The notes below the pieces were generated by a model, which was not told where the DNA came from, did no database searches, and worked only from the letters and a program-made list of their open reading frames with translations. A stretch of 27,892 bases of DNA from Hormoscilla sp. Its GTDB lineage: Bacteria; Cyanobacteriota; Cyanobacteriia; Cyanobacteriales; Desertifilaceae. The position numbers and the translations under genes were made by a program. This document shows positions 20,101-27,892 of this stretch, in pieces; the first letter of the stretch is position 1, and every line of letters begins with the position of its first letter. The stretch is taken from assembly GCA_051439505.1 (NCBI GenBank), contig JBFRWI010000127.1:1-27892 (forward strand), in the 5' to 3' direction.

Positions 20101-23100
20101 AAGCTTTCTTGGTGCCGACGACTTGGGGCGGTGCCGGTCAGGTGACGCCTGGGGAACGGGCAGTCCAGAACTATTATGAAAGGACTATCCAAGGTCGAGA
20201 GGAACATAGGGGTACATTATACTATACCAACGACAATTATCATTATTTCTCCTTGGATGAACCTAGTATCTTCCAGTTCTCCCTTGATTTTACTGGTGTT
20301 GTCCAACTGAAGCGTTCCTCTGGCAGCACTATTACTTCTGGTCGAAAAAATGGCTCAGTCCAATATGGCGCTGCTTACTTAAACCCTGGCGATTACTACT
20401 TGCGGATCTCTCAATTTGATGGCAGCTATGTCCACGGACGCAACTACAAACTGGTGACCAATGTTGACCAGGCAACATTCTCAAGATACGATATTTCGGC
20501 TCCCTACTATTACGGACAGTCACTAGGCGATCGCAACTTGGGAACCCTACGCAGTCGGGAGACAATACGAGATTATCTGGGCTTCAACGACTCAAAAGAT
20601 ACCTATGATTTTCGGTTGAGTGAGTCTAGTGAGTTGGATGTGAACCTGTCTGGAAGTGGCGTGTACTATCGCCTGTACAGCAGCAGCGGGCAGCGATACT
20701 ACAATGGCAATACTTTACCTGCTGGGAATTACTCGATCGATATTACTGGCGGAAGTAGCGGTTCGGGGAGTAATTACACTTTGGGATTAGATCCGACTCC
20801 TGTTGTCACTGATACTGATGGTACGAGGTGGGATGCCCGAGATATTGGCACTCTTTCGGGGTCGCGCAGCTTCCGGGATTCGATCGGCTATAATGGAGAT
20901 CTGCATGATTACCGCAAGTTTTATCTTAGTGAAGACAGTGATTTCAGTCTGTCTCTGACTAATTTAACTGATGATGCCGATGTCCGAATCCTTGACAGGT
21001 ATGGAAATGAGATAGCAAGTTCAGAGACTAATAGTAATAGTGCATCTGAATATATAAATTTAGAGTTAGATAAAGGCTATTACTATGTGGATGTCTATCC
21101 CGATCGCAGCTATGATTCCACTAGCTACAGTCTAAATCTATCGGCGACAGTACCAGATCCTGATGGTACGAGGTCGGATGCCACGTATATCGGCACTCTT
21201 TCGGGGTCGCGCAGCTTCAGTGATTCGATCGGCTATAATGGAGATCTGCATGATTACCGCCAGTTCTATCTTAGTGAGGACAGTGATTTCAGTCTGTCTC
21301 TGACTAATTTAACTGATGATGCAGATGTCCGAATCCTTGACAGGTATGGAAATGAGATAGCAAGTTCAGAGACTAATAGTAATAGTGCATCTGAATATAT
21401 CAATTTGGAGTTAGATAAAGGCTATTACTATGTGGATGTCTATCCCGATCGCAGCTATGATTCCACCAGTTACCGTCTGGGACTATCGGCTAATCCGATT
21501 GGTTTCCGTGTAGATAACCGATTTTCTTCCTTGTTCAACAATAACCGGTGGCTGGGCGATCCTACAAGTAATGCCTACGATCAAGGACGCGGCTTCTTGA
21601 GGCAGAATTTTGAGAATGGTTACATTGTCTGGAATGGATGGCGATCGACTGCTTATCGGACAGGGAATGGTGGTTCCTCTGGGAGTGGTCTAGCAACTCC
21701 GACATATAAAAGGACTTCTAAACTGGTGGTAGAGTTCGATGGCGTCAGTGGTGAATTTTTGGTAACTCCCTATGCCTATGGTGGCCAGGATATAACTGGC
21801 ACTTGGGGACCAAGTGGTAACTTATTGTGGTTGCAGGGGAATAATTGGAAGCAGCTACATTTAGGTCTCGGTCACAATCTCACGCCCGATACGGTCTTGG
21901 AGTTTGAGTTCAAGAGTAGCAGCGAAGGAGAACTCCACGGCATTGGGTTTGACCGGGATGAGGATATCCTCAACAACTCTGGCATCCTCTTTAAGGTGTA
22001 TGGCGATCAGGATTGGAGCCACGATCGGTATGACAAATATTCCGGTTCTGGTTGGCAGAAGTACAAGATTCCCGTGGGGCAGTATTTGACCGGCTATCAA
22101 TACAGATTAGTGTTTGCTAATGACGATGATAGCGATCAAAACGCTGAGAGTCAGTTCAGGGATATCAAGATTTACGAAAATGAGGACTCGATTCCCGCGA
22201 CAAACTGGAAGGCCCAGTTCATCAATCGCAGTGCTGATAACTATGCTGACTGGAACTTCAATATAGACCGTTATTCTCGGGAAGTAATTAACGCAGATGT
22301 AACTGCGGACTTGGGTTCAAGTAGTTCGAGCGATAGCAACGTCCTCGCCCGTCTGTACAAGGATTGGGGAACTGGCCGTCCTGTCCCTGGGGTGGAGCCG
22401 GATCACTTCGCAATGCTGGCATCAACCCGTGTAGATTTGGAGAAGGATAAGTTTTATAAGGTGATCAATGACTCAGATGATGGGTTTGCGTTCCACCTGA
22501 ACCGAGTTGGGGCGACTGGAGATGATGGCTGGATTCAAGATCCTGGTGGTTTTGAAAAGCATGATTGGCGCGATCGCTCTACTTACGACCCGGCTCAGAC
22601 AACCGTCTTCACCGTAGATCGGTCGGGGTCATATGATTTCCTGGTCAAGTATTACGAAAACACTGGCGGTTCTGTAGTTGATGTCAAGTTAGAAGAGGTT
22701 CCGGTACAAGAATATGTGAATGAACGGAGTCAGTGGCGCGGCTGGGTACATAAGTGGGATCCAAACGGAGCAGATCGACCATCGCCGGTCAATATTAATG
22801 AGGAACTCAAGAAAGGGGTCGGCTTCGATCTGGTAGGCGCGATCAATCTAGGTTCCAACATTCGGAAGATTTTTGATGACGATCGCAATGGCATTAACAA
22901 TGCTGATTGGGGTACCGGACCAGTCAATGGGAATGGAAAACTCCCCAGTGACCACTTTGTCGTCAAGGCTTACACCGAGGTTGATTTCCAAGAAGGAGAG
23001 ACTTACGAGTTCCAGGCGCGGGGTGATGACGGATACCAAATCTGGGTGAAAAAGCTGGATAACGACAATAATCCTGATAACGACGCTTGGTATTCGATCA

Positions 23101-23789
23101 CGGATCCGACCAAGTGGAAAAACAATTGGGATGCGGAAATCCTTGAGAATACGTTTACTGTTCCCGAGACTGGTAGTTACTATGTCGGATTCTTCTTCTA
23201 TGAGAATGGAGGTGGTGCTGGCTTCGGGCTGAATTGGAAAGAGGTTGATTCTCCAGTGTTGTCTCAACCAACAGAAATTGACTGGAATCCCAGTCCCAAC
23301 TTTCAGCAAGGTCGGGGTGGCGAAGACATAACTGCGATTATTTATCATCACACAGCAAATGATAGTCTCGATGGAACAATTAGTTGGTTCAAACAAACTA
23401 GGATTAGGGAGCAGAGAGCATCTTCACATTATATCATCGCTCAAGATGGTCAAATTGTACGAATGGTGGCAGATGAAAATACAGCATGGCACGCTGGAGA
23501 CTCAAGATTAGAAGGTCGCAACCCAAATCCTTTTTCAATTGGTATTGAGATTGTTAACCCAGATGGAAATAAGCATCCATACACTTCTTCTCAGTACGAA
23601 TCTCTGGTATGGTTGACTCAAGACTTATTGAGAAGGCATTCATCAATCAAGTATCTTATTGGGCATGAAGACATATCGCTTCAAGGCAAAATAGATCCTG
23701 GCATTTTGTTCGATTGGGATATTATTAAAGAAGCAGCTCAGGCTATTCCCCCAGCCCCCGGTATTGATAGGCACATTGGACGACTTTAG
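17196..23789 (+). CDS. Giant multidomain S8 serine peptidase with C-terminal N-acetylmuramoyl-L-alanine amidase (CARDB-like x4, S8, PPC-like x4, LGFP-like, beta-sandwich, PA14-like x2, Amidase_2)
   Basis: Four xNL/DL...NVV...ETDExDN repeats; IIDTG, HGTHV, AAGND, GTSVAA; DSDDG and RGDDG with YENTGG/YENGGG PA14-like motifs; amidase HHTA, SSHY, AWHAG, SIGIE, GHED, KIDPG. Confidence 0.9.
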   Translation: MTTEKNINQLSDLDLSNNQLLLTEFDPLSSEFPGNGGGTGDISVRIVEEIPPIAPALAPEVNEIAPANHTSSSDIDVGADADILIGDRGTGEFDVLTNQQSTADAPVNLLGWSFNVVPEVLHFGDGIEMELVVENADAGDAGTFDVAFYMSGDDRFDSEDYYFGNLTVDGLAGNGKTELLAISFVLPPATDPYWDTVGDDVTIGMVVDIANAIAETDEYDNVRVLSEVDAETVAIAPGDPDPDPDPDPDPAVVNLSGLSFNVVPDSLTPGDRFEVEYQIQNTGNSDVGEFPISLYISADEIITTADLLLDDLIVSSLAGNSSSDTLTVSPILPDASDPFWTDDTDNFFIGAIADPANLISETDETDNANLGEAIDYEGIQITQPEEPVEPTDPTEDDKVNLSGMYLNVVQEPLEFGDALGMEFVVGNTEPGEAENVPVTFYLSRDEIIDASDYNFGSYTIDLLAGNSNTEFLTTNVTLPGSDDPFWNGDGYYYFLMGVDVDNGISETDEGDNSNTGELIDWDGVEITDPNKIDLSAVAFNVVQEPLSAGDRIAVEYQIQNTENLDAGEFLVNIYLSADGTIDSEDLLLGSETIGGLAGNSQTDLLTGSYSLPAADHPIWNDSNLYTIGAMVDAANGVTESNEDNNANLSEYVDADSVRITIPIEEAPVEPVEPPTRPQFPRENQPTIAIIDTGFAADNPDLDYSRLVLGRDRIDNDNDPLLTGSGDEHGTHVLGIIAATQDNGIGIDGLNDDAPIWLARAIGSGDWAASLTEFVDYTRSSAQPNAIANISFDLTQVNRNGSVTTRYELTPEERQALGYARQHGVLIVVAAGNDAGVMSVLGQASQEFDNIITVGAADGSNRAVYSSYGNGLNILAGGGTTENPVLSLVGDGVGTMAGTSVAAAQVTGAASLVWAANPDLNYRQVIEAITGSATDLQASGWDAQTGAGLLNVDEAVETAENMRGTTYNPQAFLVPTTWGGAGQVTPGERAVQNYYERTIQGREEHRGTLYYTNDNYHYFSLDEPSIFQFSLDFTGVVQLKRSSGSTITSGRKNGSVQYGAAYLNPGDYYLRISQFDGSYVHGRNYKLVTNVDQATFSRYDISAPYYYGQSLGDRNLGTLRSRETIRDYLGFNDSKDTYDFRLSESSELDVNLSGSGVYYRLYSSSGQRYYNGNTLPAGNYSIDITGGSSGSGSNYTLGLDPTPVVTDTDGTRWDARDIGTLSGSRSFRDSIGYNGDLHDYRKFYLSEDSDFSLSLTNLTDDADVRILDRYGNEIASSETNSNSASEYINLELDKGYYYVDVYPDRSYDSTSYSLNLSATVPDPDGTRSDATYIGTLSGSRSFSDSIGYNGDLHDYRQFYLSEDSDFSLSLTNLTDDADVRILDRYGNEIASSETNSNSASEYINLELDKGYYYVDVYPDRSYDSTSYRLGLSANPIGFRVDNRFSSLFNNNRWLGDPTSNAYDQGRGFLRQNFENGYIVWNGWRSTAYRTGNGGSSGSGLATPTYKRTSKLVVEFDGVSGEFLVTPYAYGGQDITGTWGPSGNLLWLQGNNWKQLHLGLGHNLTPDTVLEFEFKSSSEGELHGIGFDRDEDILNNSGILFKVYGDQDWSHDRYDKYSGSGWQKYKIPVGQYLTGYQYRLVFANDDDSDQNAESQFRDIKIYENEDSIPATNWKAQFINRSADNYADWNFNIDRYSREVINADVTADLGSSSSSDSNVLARLYKDWGTGRPVPGVEPDHFAMLASTRVDLEKDKFYKVINDSDDGFAFHLNRVGATGDDGWIQDPGGFEKHDWRDRSTYDPAQTTVFTVDRSGSYDFLVKYYENTGGSVVDVKLEEVPVQEYVNERSQWRGWVHKWDPNGADRPSPVNINEELKKGVGFDLVGAINLGSNIRKIFDDDRNGINNADWGTGPVNGNGKLPSDHFVVKAYTEVDFQEGETYEFQARGDDGYQIWVKKLDNDNNPDNDAWYSITDPTKWKNNWDAEILENTFTVPETGSYYVGFFFYENGGGAGFGLNWKEVDSPVLSQPTEIDWNPSPNFQQGRGGEDITAIIYHHTANDSLDGTISWFKQTRIREQRASSHYIIAQDGQIVRMVADENTAWHAGDSRLEGRNPNPFSIGIEIVNPDGNKHPYTSSQYESLVWLTQDLLRRHSSIKYLIGHEDISLQGKIDPGILFDWDIIKEAAQAIPPAPGIDRHIGRL
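20811..21491 (+). repeat. 345-bp intragenic tandem duplication (two near-identical PPC-like domains)
   Basis: Units begin at 20811 and 21156; FYLSEDSDF through YDSTSY is identical at protein level. Confidence 0.92.
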
Positions 23790-23793
23790 TTAG

Positions 23794-24010
23794 CGGGCAT
23801 ATGGGCGATCGGGGATAAGGGGCGATCGGGCATATGGGGCGAGCGGGCATATGGGGCGAGCGGGATAGGGGCGAGCGGGATAGGGGCGAGCGGGCATATG
23901 GGGCGATCGGGCGTAGGGGCGATCGGGATAGGGGCGATCGGGCATATGGGGCGATCGGGCATATGGGGCGAGCGGGGGAAGGGGGCGATCGGGGATAGAG
24001 GGCGATCGCT
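23794..24010 (+). repeat. HIP1-derived G-rich tandem repeat GGGGCGA(T/G)CGGG(C)ATA(T), 13 units of 15-17 bp
   Basis: 13 GGCGA(T/G)CG cores counted between 23804 and 24001; starts a few bases after the giant gene stop. Confidence 0.92.
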
Positions 24011-24028
24011 AGCGTTTGTAAAATAGTA

Positions 24029-24037
24029 TGATATAAT
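24029..24037 (+). promoter_or_regulatory. Extended -10 promoter element TGATATAAT
   Basis: Exact TGnTATAAT ending 5 nt before the GTG at 24043; repeated at 27481-27489. Confidence 0.6.
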
Positions 24038-24042
24038 CAAGA

Positions 24043-24480
24043 GTGAGTAGTTTAACCCCAAAGCAGCCAAGATTGATAGAAGCCGATCGAGAATCACCAG
24101 ATGAAATTATTGCTATCATTGACGAACGCAAACTTGATTATCTATTCAACAAAAACATCAAACGAGACAAGCATAACTCTGCCCGGGCGTTACAGAATAT
24201 GCAACAACTTAATAGACTGGGGTTATATGACGATTTTGATTCCCGGCTGATAGTGAAAAAGCACCTGAATCAAGCCATACAACTTGATAGTAACATCATG
24301 AAACGATTTATAGATCATTTTGTAGACAATGACACTGGAGAAACGGTCGAAGTAGACACGGAAGTCCGCGACTCTCTTTTAGCGGGCCCGTCCGGAAAAT
24401 TTGCGCAAGTTAAAAGTTCCTGGGAAGTCTTACCCGATGGTAAACGCCGATTTCTTAGCGCTATACTATATGGTAAATGA
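24043..24480 (+). CDS. Stand-alone CdiA-CT-like toxin, putative BECR-fold tRNase (Kp342/EC3006 type)
   Basis: KLDYLF...H...RLG..DD...H..QA....NI.K...E.R.S...GPSGK...EV..DG..RF pattern matches my recollection of the Klebsiella pneumoniae 342 CdiA-CT; GTG start. Confidence 0.7.
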   Translation: MSSLTPKQPRLIEADRESPDEIIAIIDERKLDYLFNKNIKRDKHNSARALQNMQQLNRLGLYDDFDSRLIVKKHLNQAIQLDSNIMKRFIDHFVDNDTGETVEVDTEVRDSLLAGPSGKFAQVKSSWEVLPDGKRRFLSAILYGK

Positions 24481-24500
24481 TCGGCAACAGGAGTTGAACC

Positions 24501-24869
24501 ATGACAAAACTGCAACTGCAAGGCGGATTTGATGAACTAGAATTCATGGAATTATTTTGCGCAGAACCGCAAATTTCCCATCCCCAAGATGGTTATTGGT
24601 GTTACGAAGCGACCGATGAATTAGGTGTGACGCTAAAATTTGGAGTTGATATCATTCAAGAATCAGTCCAAATAGAACTAAAAATAGCTGATTATTCAAT
24701 AGGAATTTTTAGCTTTGAGTTAGTTGAGTTTATGATAGTTACTGACTATATAAACGGCAAATTTTATTTTCCTGTAGCGCCGAAAAATGAAGAAATGAAA
24801 ACCACAGTGCAAGTGGAACTGCGACCGAAAATAAAAGTAGATTGCGCTACATTAAGTCTGTGCCCTTAG
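24501..24869 (+). CDS. Putative cognate immunity protein (CdiI Kp342-like)
   Basis: AGGAG RBS; acidic 122 aa; ELEFMELFCAEP...Y...G...Q and C-terminal VELRPKIKV resemble recalled CdiI-Kp342 (EIELLSFFESEP...IRIRPDIKI). Confidence 0.7.
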   Translation: MTKLQLQGGFDELEFMELFCAEPQISHPQDGYWCYEATDELGVTLKFGVDIIQESVQIELKIADYSIGIFSFELVEFMIVTDYINGKFYFPVAPKNEEMKTTVQVELRPKIKVDCATLSLCP

Positions 24870-24898
24870 TAAAATAATAGGTGGAGATGGTGGAAGGA

Positions 24899-24958
24899 GG
24901 CGATCGCCGGATAGGGGGCGTCGGGGGAAGGGGGCGTCGGGGATAGAAGGCGACGCCG
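24899..24958 (+). repeat. Degenerate GGGGCG(A)TCGGGG tract, 4 units
   Basis: GGGGGAAGGGGGCGTCGGGGATAGA nearly identical to the 3' end of the 23794-24010 tract. Confidence 0.8.
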
Positions 24959-25068
24959 GTATTCGGACACACCCGATCGTAGGCTATTAAAAGTACGCTA
25001 CGCTTGCAGTGTCCAGAACGCGATCATCTATACTCTAACTGTATAACAATGAATAGAGAAGCCAATAA

Positions 25069-25563
25069 ATGTATCCCGATCTAGCAGGTGCCGGTGGAAA
25101 TTGGCCAGTAATAGACGAAATTAGCGATCCATCAGTTATCCAGCAACAAGGTGACTTATCCTGTGGAATTGCCTGCGGACAAATGCTGCTAAAAGATCGT
25201 AAAATTAATGTAGATCCAGTAGACATTGAAGCCTTAACCAGTACGCCAGTAAGTTCCCAAGGACTGGCCAGGGCCCTTAATCTCCTAGAGACGGACGAGT
25301 CCCGACAGTGGGAAGGAGGCCCATTAAAGTTACCCGGCGCAACTGAAAAGCAAATTCTAGAAACTTTAAATACTACCGGTTCCTGGGCTGCTATGCTGTG
25401 GGAAACACGCGCCGGAATAGGACATCTTATCATCGTTGATGGACTCGACGATGGGGGATACGTACTCATTCGCGATCCTTGGGAGGGGACCAAGTACAAA
25501 ATGACCCCAGATAACTTTTATCAATATTGGACTACTGAAGCAATTTTTGCCAGAAAGAGATGA
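25069..25563 (+). CDS. Papain-fold C39-like cysteine peptidase, putative toxin
   Basis: QQQGDLSCGIACGQMLL (oxyanion Q, catalytic C), GHLIIVDG (H), IRDPW (D); no ABC transporter domains. Confidence 0.8.
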   Translation: MYPDLAGAGGNWPVIDEISDPSVIQQQGDLSCGIACGQMLLKDRKINVDPVDIEALTSTPVSSQGLARALNLLETDESRQWEGGPLKLPGATEKQILETLNTTGSWAAMLWETRAGIGHLIIVDGLDDGGYVLIRDPWEGTKYKMTPDNFYQYWTTEAIFARKR

Positions 25564-25841
25564 ACGTACAAGTGATTGCGATCTCACCTACTTCCCAGTT
25601 CAATGCTTACGATGTCGGTGTCAATATCGGAGAAGAACAGCATGATTTTAAGATGACAGTCAAAATCGTCCCAGTGGCGGGTCAAGAAATTCAAGTCACC
25701 AATGGAGACGAGAACTTCTTAGAAACTTTCAGATTCAATTGGACGGTAGCACTTGAGATATCTAAATTAGTCTCCAAAGTATATAACAATGAGGAAGTAA
25801 AACTTCCTGTGGAGATAACAGATCGTCAATCAGCTGAGTAG
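25560..25841 (+). CDS. Small acidic protein, putative inhibitor or immunity partner of the peptidase
   Basis: 93 aa; ATGA overlap with the upstream gene. Confidence 0.7.
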   Translation: MNVQVIAISPTSQFNAYDVGVNIGEEQHDFKMTVKIVPVAGQEIQVTNGDENFLETFRFNWTVALEISKLVSKVYNNEEVKLPVEITDRQSAE

Positions 25842-25884
25842 CTTGTAGTAACTTGTAGTATGAGAGTGCTGACCTTCGGTGTCC

Positions 25885-25914
25885 GGGGGCGATCGGGGAT
25901 ATGGGGCGATCGCT
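25885..25914 (+). repeat. GGGGCGATCG tract, 2 units
   Basis: GGGGGCGATCGGGGATATGGGGCGATCGCT abutting the parE stop codon. Confidence 0.8.
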
Positions 25915-26220
25915 TTAATTTTCTTCATTCTCACCAAAAACACTCTCAAGATCCCGATAACCACTCAACACCCGCTCAACTTGAATTCCTTTTTCTATTT
26001 TGCGGTAAAAAATCACATATTTATCTACTGGCAAACTCCGTAAATTAGGAGCCAATTCGTCACGAGGACGACCCATTTCTGGAAAAGCCGCCAATAAGCG
26101 GCTTTTTTCTTCAAAAACATCAAGAAAGCGCGTCGCTGCATCCAAACTCAACCGTGCCATATAGTTTTTAATTTCCCTTAAATCTTGCTTAGCCGCAGCA
26201 CTTAATCTGTATATACTCAT
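25915..26220 (-). CDS. parE: RelE/ParE family toxin
   Basis: YRLSAAAKQDLREI...FPEMGRPRDELAPNLRSLPVDKYVIFYR...IQVERVLSGYRDL. Confidence 0.92.
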   Translation of the reverse strand: MSIYRLSAAAKQDLREIKNYMARLSLDAATRFLDVFEEKSRLLAAFPEMGRPRDELAPNLRSLPVDKYVIFYRKIEKGIQVERVLSGYRDLESVFGENEEN

Positions 26221-26483
26221 GCTTTCTCCTGCCGTTCTTGCTCAATTTCGGAACGCAGTTCTCTCAATACCTCCTCCCCATCAAAAACCTCTCCGCGATC
26301 GGAACATGCAATCCCGATCGCAATTTCCTTGCGCAGTTCTTCCAGTCGGACTAAGCGTTCCATTTCGCGTTCTTCTAGCAACCGCAAAGCAGTGCGAACT
26401 ACTTCCGAAGCGTCCGAGTACCTACCGCTGTGGACTGTTGACTGGACAAATTGCTCCAGTTCAGGTGTCAACTGTATGTTCAT
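26217..26483 (-). CDS. parD: ParD family (RHH) antitoxin
   Basis: MNIQLTPELEQFVQSTVHSGRYSDASEVVRTALRLLEERE...LRKEIAIG; ATGA overlap with parE. Confidence 0.9.
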   Translation of the reverse strand: MNIQLTPELEQFVQSTVHSGRYSDASEVVRTALRLLEEREMERLVRLEELRKEIAIGIACSDRGEVFDGEEVLRELRSEIEQERQEKA

Positions 26484-26546
26484 GTGCTGTTCTTTGAGGG
26501 CTGACATTTTACAGATAGTCCCATGATAACATATCTGCATGTTATC

Positions 26547-26786
26547 TTAATCTGTTGAAAAAAACTCTATACGCGATTCCAAATTAGCCAACTCCATTTC
26601 CACCACAGGCGCTGCTGGGCTTCCCCCGATCGCTCGTTTGACTGATGGAGGGGGCATTGTTGTATTATGCAGGATGCAAGTAGCCTTTCGTCCCCGATGC
26701 CTTACCAGTATAGCATTAGCATAAGCATCATTTTCATCCACCAAGCACCAAGCGATCGCTACAGAACAATCCAATACAAACTGCAT
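26547..26786 (-). pseudogene. Truncated VapC/PIN toxin (only about 27 N-terminal codons, 26786 to ~26708)
   Basis: MQFVLDCSVAIAWCLVDENDAYANAIL is a PIN N-terminus; the ORF then reads through sequence duplicated at 27150-27350. Confidence 0.75.
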
Positions 26787-26788
26787 TT

Positions 26789-27085
26789 CTAATACCTTCT
26801 CCCCTCTTCAATCATTTCACGGATTGAAGTTTTAGACAATCCCACTTCTTGTCGCAGTTGTCCCATGCTGGCAATTGCAGTAGAAATTGATTTTTTAGTC
26901 GTCAGCTTTCCCCAAGCGTTATACTGTGCTTTGCTGACTTTTGATAGTCCGACTAAGCGTTCCATTTCCCGTTCTTCTAGCAACTGCAAAGCAGTGCGAA
27001 CTACTTCGTAAGGGTCCGAATACCTACCACTATTCACTGTTGACTGGACAAACTGCTCCAGTTCTGGTGTTAACTGTATGTTCAT
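26789..27085 (-). CDS. Chimeric antitoxin: ParD N-terminus with a VapC-partner-type C-terminus
   Basis: First ~46 aa nearly identical to neighbouring ParD; tail SIREMIEEGRRY is typical of Phd-type antitoxins preceding VapC; may be a pseudogene. Confidence 0.6.
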   Translation of the reverse strand: MNIQLTPELEQFVQSTVNSGRYSDPYEVVRTALQLLEEREMERLVGLSKVSKAQYNAWGKLTTKKSISTAIASMGQLRQEVGLSKTSIREMIEEGRRY

Positions 27086-27390
27086 ATGTTTGTTTAGCTG
27101 GAGGTCTTTCATTTTACCGATAGTCCCATGATAACACACATCTGCATGTTATCTGACATCTTTGAAAAAAAACTCAGGGTATATACGATTCCCAATTAGC
27201 CAATTCTATTTCCACCACCACAGGCGCTGCGGGGCAAACCCCGATCGCTCGGAAAGAGGGTTTGGGGGGTTGTATGATGCAGGTAGTAAATTACCACGTG
27301 GGCGATCGGGCACCGGATACAAGTAGCCCTTCGTCCCCGATGCCTTACCAATAGCAGTATCGGGGGAATTCAAGAATTGAGCGCAACAGA

Positions 27391-27461
27391 GGCGATCGGG
27401 CATATGGGGCGATCGGGCATATGGGGCGATCGGGTATCTGGGGCGATCGGGGGGCGATCGC
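27391..27461 (+). repeat. GGGGCGATCGGGCATAT tract, 5 units
   Basis: Cores at 27391, 27408, 27425, 27442 and 27453. Confidence 0.9.
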
Positions 27462-27494
27462 TAGCGTTTGTAAAATAGTATGATATAATCAAGA

Positions 27495-27892
27495 GTGAGT
27501 AGTTTAACCCCAAAGCAGCCAAGATTGATAGAAGCAGATCGAGAATCACCAGATCAAATTATTGCTATCATTGACGAACGCAAACTTGATTATATATTCA
27601 ACAAAAACATCAAACGAGACAAGCATAACTCGGCCCGGGCGTTACAAAATATACAACAACTTAATAGACTGGGGTTATATGACGATTTTGATTCCCGGCT
27701 GATAGTGAAAAAGCATTTGAAGCAAGCCATACAACTTGATAGTAACATCATGAAACGATTTATAGATCATTTTGTAGACAATGACACTGGAGAAACCGGA
27801 GAAGTAGACACGGAAGTCCGCGACTCTCTTTTAGCGGGCCCGTCCGGAAAATTTGCGCAAGTTAAAAGTTCCTGGGAAGTCTTACCCGATGG
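27495..27892 (+). CDS. Second copy of the CdiA-CT-like tRNase toxin (partial, runs off window)
   Basis: 27453-27892 aligns ungapped to 24001-24440 with 12 substitutions by manual count; frame open. Confidence 0.85.
   Translation, partial: MSSLTPKQPRLIEADRESPDQIIAIIDERKLDYIFNKNIKRDKHNSARALQNIQQLNRLGLYDDFDSRLIVKKHLKQAIQLDSNIMKRFIDHFVDNDTGETGEVDTEVRDSLLAGPSGKFAQVKSSWEVLPD

Noticed and set aside
17399..23396. Antisense and alternate-frame ORFs inside the giant gene (and similar shadows in housekeeping genes)
   Set aside because: Shadows of well-supported genes with no motifs of their own.
23794..24010. CRISPR array
   Set aside because: Units are contiguous 15-17 bp repeats with no unique spacers and no cas genes; the same applies to the 21-bp repeat at 1-124.
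23786..24097. 103-aa Pro-rich minus-strand ORF
   Set aside because: It is the translation of the G-rich repeat tract.
24043..25841. Classical orphan toxin tips that recombine onto the giant gene
   Set aside because: I found no sequence shared between the cassette 5' ends and any junction in the giant gene, and the repeat tract lies after its stop codon. Linkage is positional only.
27228..27270. c-di-GMP-I riboswitch-like GGCAAACC...GAAAG
   Set aside because: The second stem is missing, the paralogous copy near 26615-26655 lacks the motif, and it is antisense to the adjacent gene.
23790..27892. True integron
   Set aside because: No tyrosine recombinase in the window, no recognisable attC structure, and the modules are in mixed orientation.

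Overview
Cyanobacterial chromosome segment. The HIP1 octamer GCGATCGC occurs throughout, chlG, petP, ycf35 and bioU are present, and the intergenic repeat style suggests a filamentous, Oscillatoriales-like organism (inference). Bases 1-14.3 kb are mostly housekeeping: MFS transporter, two membrane proteins, Sfp/HetI PPTase, chlG, ArsA/Get3-like ATPase, petP, hisF, REC-GAF regulator, menG, DUF445, ferredoxin-ycf35-DUF2997 and bioU. Bases 14.3-15.8 kb hold a pile-up of nested miniature inverted-repeat elements, two with visible target-site duplications. A PEP-CTERM protein follows, then a 2197-aa protein (4 CARDB-like repeats, intact S8 subtilase, 4 PPC-like domains, beta-sandwich/PA14-like domains, C-terminal Amidase_2 peptidoglycan amidase). 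Directly downstream is an array of small two-gene toxin modules separated by GGGGCGATCGGG (HIP1-derived) repeat tracts. It contains a stand-alone CdiA-CT-like tRNase with a CdiI-like immunity gene, a C39/papain-like peptidase with partner, parDE, a chimeric antitoxin with a truncated VapC, and a second ~97% identical tRNase copy running off the window. Family assignments come from motif recognition and memory, not from searches.
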